In this document: positions 53,103 through 62,425 of the stretch, piece after piece
Layout of the letters: every line of letters starts with the position of its first letter
How positions within the stretch are numbered: position 1 is the first letter of the stretch
NCBI GenBank assembly: GCA_051439605.1
Contig: JBFRWN010000032.1
Location: forward strand, 1 to 64,000
Origin: Synechococcus sp.
Lineage (GTDB): Bacteria > Cyanobacteriota > Cyanobacteriia > Thermostichales > PCC-7336
DNA length: 64,000 bases
Direction of reading: 5' to 3'
The notes under the pieces: model-generated
The model's input: the letters and a program-made list of their open reading frames with translations, nothing else
What the model was told of the DNA's origin: nothing
The model's database searches: none
Program-made: the position numbers and the translations under genes

Positions 53103-55229
53103 ATGGTTTCTTTCTTATTTGAAGTCGGGACAGAAGAGCTTCCGGCAAGCTTTGTTCGCAATGCGATCGCGCGATGGCAAACCATCGTTCCCTCCAGTCT
53201 CACCGAGTCGAATCTCAAGGCTGAGACTGTGGAAGTGTTCGGTACCCCCAGAAGGCTGACGGTACTCATCAAGGGGCTACCCGACCGCCAGCCCGACCGC
53301 AGCGAAGAAATCAAAGGCCCCCCCGCCAGCATCGCCTACAAAAACGACGAACCCACCCAAGCCCTCTTAGGCTTTGCCCGCAAACAGGGGATTGACCTCG
53401 AAACGATCGAGCTGCGGGAAATGGGCAAAAAGGGGCAGTTTGTCTTTGCCACTAAACATCTAGAAGGTCGGCCCACCCGGGAAATTTTGCAAGAGATTGC
53501 CCCCAGCTGGGTGACGAACCTTGAGGTCGGTCGGGCCATGCGTTGGGGGGATGGAGAGTTTCGTTTTCCTCGTCCCATCCGTTGGTTGGTCGCTTTGTGG
53601 GGCGATCTCGTCTTACCAGTGCAGCTTGCCGGGATTGATGCCGGACGCACCTCTGCATGCCATCGCGTCTTGCATCCCGAATCGCTTGAGATTCCCGATG
53701 CCGACAGTTACGTGACAACTCTGGAACAGGGATTTGTCAAAGTTGACCGAGCCGCTCGCCAAGCCTCCATTCTGGAGCAGGTAAAAGTTTCGGCTCAGCA
53801 GGCAGGCGGTGAAGCGTCGATTCCGGAGGATTTGCTGGAAGAAGTTACCGACTTAGTGGAATGGCCCACAGCGGTGTTGGGACAGTTCGAAGAGGAGTTT
53901 TTAGAGTTGCCGGTGCCCGTGATTGAAAGCGTCATGGTGGAGCACCAGCGCTATTTCTCGCTGCACCCAGCTGGTAATCTCGATACTCTACTTCCCTATT
54001 TCATTACTATCTCCAATGGCGATCCCGCTCAGTCTGAGGCGATCGCTGCCGGTAACGGTCGCGTGATTCGCGCCCGTTTGGAAGATGGTCGCTTCTTCTA
54101 CAAAGAAGATCTGAAGCAACCCCTCGCTGCTTTTGTGGACAAGTTGGAGCAAGTGACCTTCGAGCAATCGTTGGGGTCCATGCTGGCCAAGGTGGAACGG
54201 ATTGAAGCCATCAGCGGCTGGATCGGCGATCAGCTTCGTCTCAGCAATGGAGAGCAAGTAGCCGTAGCAAAAACAGCACGGCTGTGCAAAGCGGACCTCA
54301 TGTCCCAAATGGTGTACGAATTCCCCGAGATGCAGGGGGTGATGGGACGCGACTACGCCCTGCGAGGGGGAGAGTCCGCAGCCGTGGCGGATGGCATCGA
54401 ACAGCATTACTGGCCGTTAGGGGCAGGCGATCGCCTGCCGGAGACGATTACAGGCCAGGTGGTGGGCATTGGCGATCGCATCGATAGCTTGGTGGGTCTA
54501 TTCAAAATCGGCAAGATCCCCAGCGGTTCCTCAGACCGCTTTGCTCTGCGACGCGCCGCTAACAGTATTGTCTCCATTGTCTGGAACGCCAATCTTCCCC
54601 TCGATTTACTTGCTCTGCTCGAGCAAGCCACCAACACCTTTGCTGCAGAATCCCCCGATACCCTTCCGGCTCTGGTGGAGTTTTTCGGGCAGCGCCTGCA
54701 AACCCTGTTGCAGGAGGACTACCACATTGATTACGACTTGGTGAATGCCCTAGTGGGGGTTGGTAAACCCGATATGCTGCAGCGATCGCTGCGGGACCTG
54801 CGGGGCACCCGCCAGCGGGCGGAATACCTGCAGCAGTTGCGCCAGGACGGAACCTTGGCTCAGCTGTATCCCACCGTGAATCGCACCGCTCGTTTGGCGG
54901 AGAAAGCCGACTTGGCTGCGGATATTCTCGACCCCAGCATGGCGGTGGTTGCATCTTTACTGCAGGAAGCTGAGGAGAAAGCCCTATTCGAGGCTGCCAA
55001 GAGTATCTACACCAGCGGGCAGGCGGCGATCGCCAATCATGATTACAGCCTACTGGTTACAGCTTTGTTGGATGCCGCTCCTGCAGTGACGGATTTCTTC
55101 GAACAGGTGTTAGTGATGGACAAAGATCCCTCCGTGCGTACCAATCGACTGCATCTCTTATCCGCCCTCAGCCACAACGCTCAGCTATTGGCTGATTTTG
55201 GTGCCGTTGTGATATCTGGAGATGCTTAA
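53103..55229 (+). CDS. glyS: Glycine-tRNA ligase beta subunit
   Basis: FLFEVGTEELP, TPRRL, MRWG...F.RPIRW, LVEWP, RARLEDG.FF, KADL...MVYEFPE.QG.MG, DRFALRR. Confidence 0.97.
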   Translation: MVSFLFEVGTEELPASFVRNAIARWQTIVPSSLTESNLKAETVEVFGTPRRLTVLIKGLPDRQPDRSEEIKGPPASIAYKNDEPTQALLGFARKQGIDLETIELREMGKKGQFVFATKHLEGRPTREILQEIAPSWVTNLEVGRAMRWGDGEFRFPRPIRWLVALWGDLVLPVQLAGIDAGRTSACHRVLHPESLEIPDADSYVTTLEQGFVKVDRAARQASILEQVKVSAQQAGGEASIPEDLLEEVTDLVEWPTAVLGQFEEEFLELPVPVIESVMVEHQRYFSLHPAGNLDTLLPYFITISNGDPAQSEAIAAGNGRVIRARLEDGRFFYKEDLKQPLAAFVDKLEQVTFEQSLGSMLAKVERIEAISGWIGDQLRLSNGEQVAVAKTARLCKADLMSQMVYEFPEMQGVMGRDYALRGGESAAVADGIEQHYWPLGAGDRLPETITGQVVGIGDRIDSLVGLFKIGKIPSGSSDRFALRRAANSIVSIVWNANLPLDLLALLEQATNTFAAESPDTLPALVEFFGQRLQTLLQEDYHIDYDLVNALVGVGKPDMLQRSLRDLRGTRQRAEYLQQLRQDGTLAQLYPTVNRTARLAEKADLAADILDPSMAVVASLLQEAEEKALFEAAKSIYTSGQAAIANHDYSLLVTALLDAAPAVTDFFEQVLVMDKDPSVRTNRLHLLSALSHNAQLLADFGAVVISGDA

Positions 55230-55287
55230 GTCTCCTTTCATTTCATTTGCCTATCGCTGTTTGTCCTAGCCTTTAAGTCAGAGTCAC

Positions 55288-55731
55288 ATGCAAGTTGAAT
55301 TTCGGGAATGTAACTGGTCGGATCTGTGGATTTGGTTTGAATTTGCCAATGTCCCGTTAGAGGGGGAAAAGCAATATATCGAACAGGTGCTTGAGTCTTG
55401 GTACACAGTCGGGATGTTGGGGGGCTACAACGCCACCTTTATGCCAGTGCAGGACGAAGGACTGGACATCAGCTACATGAACTACGACTCCGAAGCCGAA
55501 CGACTGCCGTCCCTGATGCACAACATGGGAACTGTGGAATACGAAGGCTGCTGGGGCCGCTGCTGGTTCGATCTGGGGACCGCCGATGCGATCGCCCTCG
55601 ACATCCTGATCAATGCGGTCAATCGCCTCAGCCTTGAATATGTCGGCATCGAGAGAATGGTGATTGGTGGTCAAGGGGACGACTGGCCGACCCCAGAGAA
55701 CGAGCCCGCGTCCAGCGCTCACCTTAACTAG
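55288..55731 (+). CDS. DUF3531 family protein
   Basis: MQVEFRE...DLWIW.EF, SW...G.LGGYNA, MHNMG..EY...WGRCWFDLGTAD.IALDILIN. Confidence 0.88.
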   Translation: MQVEFRECNWSDLWIWFEFANVPLEGEKQYIEQVLESWYTVGMLGGYNATFMPVQDEGLDISYMNYDSEAERLPSLMHNMGTVEYEGCWGRCWFDLGTADAIALDILINAVNRLSLEYVGIERMVIGGQGDDWPTPENEPASSAHLN

Positions 55732-55917
55732 CTGGAATCCTGTTGCCGCTCTCTCTCAGTTCGCCACAACACCAGGGTGGCGAGCAATTGTTATTCTGTG
55801 GCGGCCATCAAACCACCGAAAAGATTTCAATCGCTAGAGGATTCAACCCTCAGCCCCAAACAATCTTGACGCCCATTCCATGCTGTGAGGGTGGAAGTTC
55901 CTAATTCACGCTGCCAC

Positions 55918-55946
55918 TTGACATCCTTATGTTTCTTCACAATAAT
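55918..55946 (+). promoter_or_regulatory. Sigma70-type promoter
   Basis: TTGACA-N17-AATAAT. Confidence 0.6.
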
Positions 55947-55979
55947 TGACACACATGTTAACCAAATCACTTTTACGCA

Positions 55980-56078
55980 ATGGAACTTTATTTCTCTCCA
56001 ACTTGGTGGGTCTACGCGGCCATTGCAGGTGCCTTCGCATGGGGCATCTGGGGCAACTCGGATGACATCACGTTCTAG
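55980..56078 (+). CDS. Candidate 32-aa single-TM peptide MELYFSPTWWVYAAIAGAFAWGIWGNSDDITF
   Basis: Lies between a promoter and a terminator; Trp-flanked hydrophobic core and acidic tail; no obvious SD sequence. Confidence 0.55.
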   Translation: MELYFSPTWWVYAAIAGAFAWGIWGNSDDITF

Positions 56079-56125
56079 TGTTGAAGCCACCCAACTAGAG
56101 CTTTCCTCTTCCCCAATATTGTTTG

Positions 56126-56152
56126 AACTCCTCCGTTTACGGGGGAGTTTTT
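56126..56152 (+). terminator. Intrinsic terminator
   Basis: AACTCCTCCG-ttta-CGGGGGAGTT followed by TTT. Confidence 0.75.
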
Positions 56153-56301
56153 ACCTTACCTGCCTGTATCGTAAAAGGTTTCTCGCAGAGGTCTCTCATG
56201 TGGATGGCGTTATCAACTTGGGGTCAGTGGATATTTTTCGCCCCCCGCGATTGCTCGGAAATCCTCTCTACCGCTAGACTCGATCGGGGATTTTGGAAGG
56301 A

Positions 56302-57594
56302 ATGACTGTGCTCGACATCAAACTGCTGCGCGATCGCCCCGATGAGGTGCGTCAGGCGATGGCTAATCGCAACGCAAAGGTGGATCTAGATGAAATTCTC
56401 GATCTGGATGGCCGCAGTCGAGATCTCGCCAAAACCCGAACGGCACTTCAAACCGAAAGCAACAGTATTGGCAAGCAGGTGGGGGCTGCCATCAAAGGGG
56501 GGGCCGATCCTAAGGGAGAAGAAGTAGCTGCCTTGCGTCAGAAGGGGAGCGACCTCAAGACTCAAATTGCTGAGCTGGAATCTCAGGAACGGGAGCTGCA
56601 GCAGAACCTAGACCAGCTGCTGTTGACGGTACCGAACCTGCCTCTGGCGGAGGTCCCAGTGGGAGCCAGCGAAGACGACAACGTGCAGCGGCGGATTTGG
56701 GGGGACGAATATAAGCCCCAACACGAGGTGTTGCCTCACGACGATATTGCAGCAAACCTGGGGCTGTTAGATATCCCTCGGGCTGTGAAGGTGGCCCAAA
56801 GTCGCTTTATCGCCCTTAAAGGGCAAGGGGCCGCGTTAGAACGGGCACTGGTTAACTTTATGCTCGATCGCCATATCAAGGCTGGTTACACCGAGGTGAT
56901 GCCTCCACTGCTGGTGAATAGCTCTACCCTGCAAGGCACCGGTCAATTGCCCAAGTTCGCGGAAGACAGTTTCAAATGTCAGGATGACGATCTGTGGCTA
57001 ATTCCCACTTCTGAGGTCCCTCTGACAAATCTCTATCGGGATGAAATTCTGACTAGCGACATGCTGCCCCTGCACATGACAGCCTTTACCCCCTGCTTCC
57101 GCCGAGAGGCGGGCAGCTACGGTCGCGACGTCAAGGGTCTGATTCGCCTGCACCAGTTCAACAAAGTAGAGATGGTCAAAATTGTCCATCCCGATACCTC
57201 TGAGGAGGAACATCAGAAACTAGTTGCCGATGCCGAGGATATTCTGCAGCAGCTCAAATTGCCCTACCGCGTGATTGAACTCTGCACCGGAGATTTAGGG
57301 TTCTCCGCTAGCCGCTGCTACGACCTAGAAGTGTGGCTACCGTCCCAAAACACCTACCGAGAAATTTCCAGCTGCTCCAATTGCTGGGATTTTCAGGCTC
57401 GCCGAGCCGGGATTCGCGTTAAAGAGGCTGGAAAAAAAGGCACGCAATATTTACATACCCTGAACGGCTCTGGTTTGGCGATCGGTCGTGCCATGGCAGC
57501 AATTTTAGAGAACTACCAACAACCGGATGGCAGCATTAATATTCCGGAGGTATTGCAATGTTTCATGGGGTGCGAGGTCATCAAACCCGCATAG
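56302..57594 (+). CDS. serS: Serine-tRNA ligase
   Basis: [64 protein letters not shown]. Confidence 0.99.
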   Translation: MTVLDIKLLRDRPDEVRQAMANRNAKVDLDEILDLDGRSRDLAKTRTALQTESNSIGKQVGAAIKGGADPKGEEVAALRQKGSDLKTQIAELESQERELQQNLDQLLLTVPNLPLAEVPVGASEDDNVQRRIWGDEYKPQHEVLPHDDIAANLGLLDIPRAVKVAQSRFIALKGQGAALERALVNFMLDRHIKAGYTEVMPPLLVNSSTLQGTGQLPKFAEDSFKCQDDDLWLIPTSEVPLTNLYRDEILTSDMLPLHMTAFTPCFRREAGSYGRDVKGLIRLHQFNKVEMVKIVHPDTSEEEHQKLVADAEDILQQLKLPYRVIELCTGDLGFSASRCYDLEVWLPSQNTYREISSCSNCWDFQARRAGIRVKEAGKKGTQYLHTLNGSGLAIGRAMAAILENYQQPDGSINIPEVLQCFMGCEVIKPA

Positions 57595-57683
57595 GGGTGC
57601 CTGATTGATTTCGTCTTGGAAGGGTCTCCCCACAAAACGCGATAGGATATCCAGGGTTTTTCCCCTCATCCCCCCTGCAAATC

Positions 57684-59006
57684 GTGCCAATACCCAGCAA
57701 TTCTCCCCTCAAGATCTCTGCCTGCCCCACCCTCAAAGGTACTATCAGCGTGCCTGGAGACAAGTCCATTTCCCACCGATCGCTGATGTTAGGGGCACTG
57801 GCAGAGGGAGAAACTACCGTACGCGGTCTTTTATTGGGGGAAGATCCTCGCAGCACTGCCGCCTGTTTTCGGGCGATGGGAGCAGAGATTTCCGAATTGA
57901 ATTCCGAGCTGGTCACCATCCGAGGGGTGGGCTTGGATGGCCTAAAAGAACCCCTACAAGTCTTAGATGCAGGCAACTCCGGCACCACACTGCGACTGAT
58001 GTTAGGGATTTTGGCGGCACAATCCGATCGCTTTTTTGTCGTCACTGGCGACGCTTCGTTGCGATCGCGCCCCATGGGTCGGGTGGTCAAGCCGCTGCAG
58101 CAAATGGGAGCACAGATTTGGGGGCGGGCAAATGGCGATCGGGCGCCTCTTGCCGTGAACGGGCAGAAGTTACAAGGCATTCATTACCAATCTCCCGTTG
58201 CCTCTGCACAAGTGAAATCCTGCATATTGTTAGCAGGTCTCTGGGCAGAGGGAGAGACTAAGGTTACAGAGCCAGCCCTGTCCCGCGATCATTCCGAGCG
58301 CATGCTGACGGCGTTTGGGGCCAATTTGACCGCGAATCAGGCGACGAAAACGGTCAGCATACGCAGCGGCTCTCAGCTTTACGGCCAACCCGTAGTTGTT
58401 CCCGGAGACATTAGTTCCGCTGCCTTCTGGCTAGTTGCTGCTGCGATCGCCCCCGAAGCAGAGTTGTTAATTCAGAACGTTGGCATCAACCCCACCCGCA
58501 CTGGTGTACTGGATGCTTTGGAGGCCATGGGGGCAGACATTACAGTGGAAAATCAACGGGAGGAAACGGGCGAGCCGGTGGCAGATTTGCGGGTACGTTC
58601 CTCCCAGCTCAAAGGGTGTGCAATTGGCGGCGAGATCGTTCCCAAGTTGATTGACGAGATTCCAATTTTAGCGGTCGCGGCAGCGTTTGCAGAAGGGACA
58701 ACTGTCATTAAGGATGCCGAAGAACTGCGGGTGAAGGAGAGCGATCGGATTGCCGCCATGACCAGCGAACTCACCAAGATGGGGGTGAATATTCAAGAAC
58801 GCCCTGATGGCTTAGAAATCATCGGCGGACAGCCGTTGAAAGGGGCTGCGGTAGAAGCATTTAGCGATCATCGCATTGCCATGAGCCTGGCGATCGCGGC
58901 ACTGCAAGCAGAAGGAACCACGGCCATTTCCGGAGCCGACTGCGCCTCAATTTCTTATCCCACCTTTGTGCCCACCCTCCAACAAGTGGCTCCTAACTGC
59001 TGCTAG
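57684..59006 (+). CDS. aroA: EPSP synthase
   Basis: [60 protein letters not shown]. Confidence 0.98.
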   Translation: MPIPSNSPLKISACPTLKGTISVPGDKSISHRSLMLGALAEGETTVRGLLLGEDPRSTAACFRAMGAEISELNSELVTIRGVGLDGLKEPLQVLDAGNSGTTLRLMLGILAAQSDRFFVVTGDASLRSRPMGRVVKPLQQMGAQIWGRANGDRAPLAVNGQKLQGIHYQSPVASAQVKSCILLAGLWAEGETKVTEPALSRDHSERMLTAFGANLTANQATKTVSIRSGSQLYGQPVVVPGDISSAAFWLVAAAIAPEAELLIQNVGINPTRTGVLDALEAMGADITVENQREETGEPVADLRVRSSQLKGCAIGGEIVPKLIDEIPILAVAAAFAEGTTVIKDAEELRVKESDRIAAMTSELTKMGVNIQERPDGLEIIGGQPLKGAAVEAFSDHRIAMSLAIAALQAEGTTAISGADCASISYPTFVPTLQQVAPNCC

Positions 59007-59144
59007 GGCAGTCATTGTCTGTCTCCATATTTCATCAAGCGATAGGACCTCAATTCGAACTCAATCGCTTGGCCATTCCCCTTCTGGCTACCCTAGTGGA
59101 ACGGATGAATAGCCCATCTGGTACCCACACGAGTTAGCAGCGCT

Positions 59145-60389
59145 ATGGAATTTGGCCAAACCAACCTATTTGCGCCTCCTTCCCCTCTCGCAGAACGACT
59201 TCGCCCGCATTCACTAGATGAAGTGATTGGGCAGGGGCACCTCCTGAAACCGGGGCGTCCGCTGCGAGCTTGGTTAGAAAAAGGAGCCCGCCGCTCTGTG
59301 TTGCTGTGGGGGCCACCGGGAGTGGGAAAAACCACTCTGGCTCGACTGGCGGCTGACTACAGTCAAACGTCTTATCGGGAACTGAATGCAGGGCTCAGTG
59401 GAGTCGCGGACATTCGCAAGTGCGTGGAGTTGGGGCGACAGCAGGGGGGGTTGTTGTTGGCCGACGAGCTACATCGCTGGAGCCGATCGCAGACAGAATG
59501 CTTGCTTGAAGCGGTGGAGAAGGGCTGGATTACCCTGATAGGGGCCACTACTGAAAATCCGTTTGTGGCGATCGAGCGGGCGTTGCTCTCGCGGTTGCAG
59601 GTGTTTGAACTGCGGGGACTGGGGCCACAGGGATTATCCAAAGCGCTGGAGCGAGTGTTGGCCCATCCAGAAGGACTGCATGTCACGTTTGAAGAGGCTG
59701 CCAAACAGGTAGTACTGCAAAGCTGTGGGGGAGATATCCGCAGACTCTATACTCTATTAGAAGCCTGTAGCGAGCTGGGGGATTGTATTACAGAGGATGT
59801 GGCCCGCGAAGTATGCTCGTCAATTTATGTGGGCTGCGACGACACCGTGTATTACGAGCTGGTGTCTGCACTGCAAAAAAGCATTCGCGGTAGCAGCCCC
59901 CAAGCCGCTGTATTTTATCTCGGACGGTTGTTGGTGGCTGGAGCCGATCCGGTGCGGGTGGCTCGGCGGGTACTGGTGACAGCCAGTGAAGATATCGGTC
60001 TGGCCGATCCCCAAGCCCTATCCGTCGCCAATGCAGCCTGCCAAACCGCCGCCACCCTCGGCATGCCCGAATGTCGCTACGCCCTAGCAGAAGCCGTTCT
60101 GTATTTGGCCCATGCCCCTAAAAGCAATCGCGTGGCCGCTGCCATCAACCAAGCCATGCAGGAGGGGCGCTATCCCCACCCGGTGCCCAGCCATCTCAAC
60201 CGCGATCGCGCCACTCAATACCGGTATCCCCACGACTACCCTGGAGCCTATGTAAAACAGGAATATTTCCCCAAAACCCTAAAAGAACGAGATTTCTACC
60301 AACCCTCCGATCGCGGATGGGAAGCCCAATATATCGATTGGCAACCCGACTCTACAAAAGCCGAGGGGCAGGGTGGTGAATTAAATTAA
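59145..60389 (+). CDS. rarA: Replication-associated recombination AAA+ ATPase RarA/MgsA
   Basis: PLAERLRP..LDE..GQ.HLL, WGPPGVGKTT, DELHR, IGATTENP, SALQKSIRGS, ASEDIGLADP, YRYPHDYP. Confidence 0.93.
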   Translation: MEFGQTNLFAPPSPLAERLRPHSLDEVIGQGHLLKPGRPLRAWLEKGARRSVLLWGPPGVGKTTLARLAADYSQTSYRELNAGLSGVADIRKCVELGRQQGGLLLADELHRWSRSQTECLLEAVEKGWITLIGATTENPFVAIERALLSRLQVFELRGLGPQGLSKALERVLAHPEGLHVTFEEAAKQVVLQSCGGDIRRLYTLLEACSELGDCITEDVAREVCSSIYVGCDDTVYYELVSALQKSIRGSSPQAAVFYLGRLLVAGADPVRVARRVLVTASEDIGLADPQALSVANAACQTAATLGMPECRYALAEAVLYLAHAPKSNRVAAAINQAMQEGRYPHPVPSHLNRDRATQYRYPHDYPGAYVKQEYFPKTLKERDFYQPSDRGWEAQYIDWQPDSTKAEGQGGELN

Positions 60390-60541
60390 TACCAAACCCG
60401 TTTTAAAGCTGCCCACAGGAATTCATCCCAACCCTGGGAAGTCTAGCGTGGGGGGCTCCAAGGGACGCGCTTCGTCCCTTGGTCGTGGGAGCGGTAGGGG
60501 GCGCGACCGCCCTCTCGCAATCAAACGGTTCTGATTGGCAA
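60388..60541. repeat. REP/MITE-like GC-rich palindromic element between convergent genes
   Basis: Perfect hairpin CCAAGGGACG-cgctt-CGTCCCTTGG (60458-60482), second hairpin GGGGGCG-cgac-CGCCCTC, loosely complementary ends (TACCAAACCCGTTT / AAACGG..TTGGCA). Confidence 0.55.
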
Positions 60542-60573
60542 TCGTAAAACATGCGGATCGGACAGAGATAAGC

Positions 60574-62310
60574 TCAGCAATCCGCTAGAGCAGACTCAGC
60601 ATTGCCCATCCCTACAGCAACACCAGTCGTCTCAGCCTCCTGTGCATCACTGTTAGAGGATTCTGCCACTGCCAACTTGTACCGCAATGCGGTAGCCAAC
60701 ACAAAGGCAAGATCCAGACCCACCAAAACCGCAATTCCTGCCGAGCCCCCTGTGCCAAAACCGTAACTGTGCAGCCCCTGTCCCAAGACAAAATTGACCC
60801 CGTACCAAGCCATCAGTACGGCATTAAACGAAACAATGCTAGCCACCGCCATTCCAAAGTTATTCACCCAACCCACAAATCGACCATGCAGCGGAGCTAA
60901 GTAGCACAGCAAAGCGATCGCCGCCCAAGTCTCCTTCGGGTCCCATCCCCAAAAGCGTCCCCAAGAAAAATGCGCCCAAATCCCCCCCAAAATAATTCCA
61001 GCCGCTAATAGTAGGACACCCACCTGCAAAACGCTGTAGTTGAGCTTTGATAATTGACCCGCTCGCTTGCTCCCCTGCGGTGTCACCCAATAATGGGCCA
61101 AAATGATGTGCCCCAACCCCATCGCCAATGCGAAACACGCGTAGCTTAGGGTGATGGTGGGGACGTGAATGCTGAGCCAAAAGTTATCCCGCAGTACAGG
61201 TACCAGCGGCTGAATGCTAGCATCCAAAACCGCTGGCAAATGATCCGCAAGTACCAGTGTCAGGATAGATAGGGGGGCCGCCGCTAGCAAGTAATAGCGG
61301 GCACGGGTTCTAAGTTCGAACGCCATTGCCAAAGCCGCAATCCCGAAACCGACCCAGACAACGGATTCGTACATGTTGGTGACCGGAGGGCGATCGGCCA
61401 CCTGCACCCGCAGAACAAATCCGTACAGCTGTATTCCCAGCCCAGCCGCAAATGTACCCATCGGTAGCCAGTACCAGTTAGAGAGCGGCCAGAGTGTTAT
61501 TGCCAGCATGCCGACAAACGCCAGAGCGAAAATCTGCCACCCTTTGGCAAAGGCGTGCAGGCGATTGAAGAATACCTCCCTAGACATGACGCGATCGCCC
61601 GGATACACCGTCGGACTCAAATCCTGCAATTGGGTATGCAACTGCCGAGCGAGGGGATCGATCGCCTCCACTTGACGATGGCGAGCGTAAGTCACCTTCA
61701 TCATTTCCAGCGTGCCAACCAAATCAGCGGCATCCTCAGCAGAATAAGCTGCGGAGGTCTCCTGGATACCCGTCCAGCGACCCTTTAGGTCGGAGGGGTG
61801 GGGCACTAAAGGCAGCTCGTCGCGGGCCACCGTGTCCAGCATCAAAGACATCCGATCGGCCACTATCAAAGCTTCGCGATCGTCACGGCTTAGACCCAGG
61901 TCAGCCGCTTGCTTTTCCCGCACCTGTCGCAACGTCATAGGCAACGACGACTGCATTAACTCCCTAAAGCTGAAGTATTTCTGTTCTGGATCGAGGCCAG
62001 CAGCTTCTTTGAGGGGGCGGTAGTTGAACAGGATGTAGGGTTCTTGGTTCCAGTCGCGATCGTTAAACCACAGTCCCAAAAAAGTAGTCAGATAGTCTTC
62101 TTTACTGCCATCCGATTGCCGATAGGTAGTAGATCCGTGGATTTGGGTGACAGTTTCGCGGGCTACCGTATCCAGTGGCTTTTTACGGCCATCCAGCTGC
62201 ACCGCAAGGGATTGCAAACCGGCAGTGGGGCCAGGTTGCCAAGTGCTAAAGGGGGTGAGGGCGATTGCCAGACCCAGCAGTAACCCAAGTGCAAATTTTA
62301 GAAATTTCAT
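60574..62310 (-). CDS. ccsA: Cytochrome c biogenesis protein CcsA, large form with N-terminal extracytoplasmic domain
   Basis: WWD motif GGIWAHFSWGRFWGWDPKETWA, PPVTNMYES, PLVPVLRDNFWLSIHV, GLHSYG; N-terminal GRKKPLDT.A. Confidence 0.92.
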   Translation of the reverse strand: MKFLKFALGLLLGLAIALTPFSTWQPGPTAGLQSLAVQLDGRKKPLDTVARETVTQIHGSTTYRQSDGSKEDYLTTFLGLWFNDRDWNQEPYILFNYRPLKEAAGLDPEQKYFSFRELMQSSLPMTLRQVREKQAADLGLSRDDREALIVADRMSLMLDTVARDELPLVPHPSDLKGRWTGIQETSAAYSAEDAADLVGTLEMMKVTYARHRQVEAIDPLARQLHTQLQDLSPTVYPGDRVMSREVFFNRLHAFAKGWQIFALAFVGMLAITLWPLSNWYWLPMGTFAAGLGIQLYGFVLRVQVADRPPVTNMYESVVWVGFGIAALAMAFELRTRARYYLLAAAPLSILTLVLADHLPAVLDASIQPLVPVLRDNFWLSIHVPTITLSYACFALAMGLGHIILAHYWVTPQGSKRAGQLSKLNYSVLQVGVLLLAAGIILGGIWAHFSWGRFWGWDPKETWAAIALLCYLAPLHGRFVGWVNNFGMAVASIVSFNAVLMAWYGVNFVLGQGLHSYGFGTGGSAGIAVLVGLDLAFVLATALRYKLAVAESSNSDAQEAETTGVAVGMGNAESALADC

Positions 62311-62425
62311 GATGCGAATCGATAGGGAGTTCGGAATTGTTGTAAGCACACTCGCTCAGTGCTGCAAATTTTTTGGGGTTGGGAAGGCCAAGATCGAAGA
62401 CAACGGTTTAGTTTCTTTGAATGAC

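Noticed and set aside
55885..56277. 130-aa + strand ORF in the ORF track
   Set aside because: It runs through a promoter and a terminator and is not protein-like; the nested 32-aa ORF fits better.
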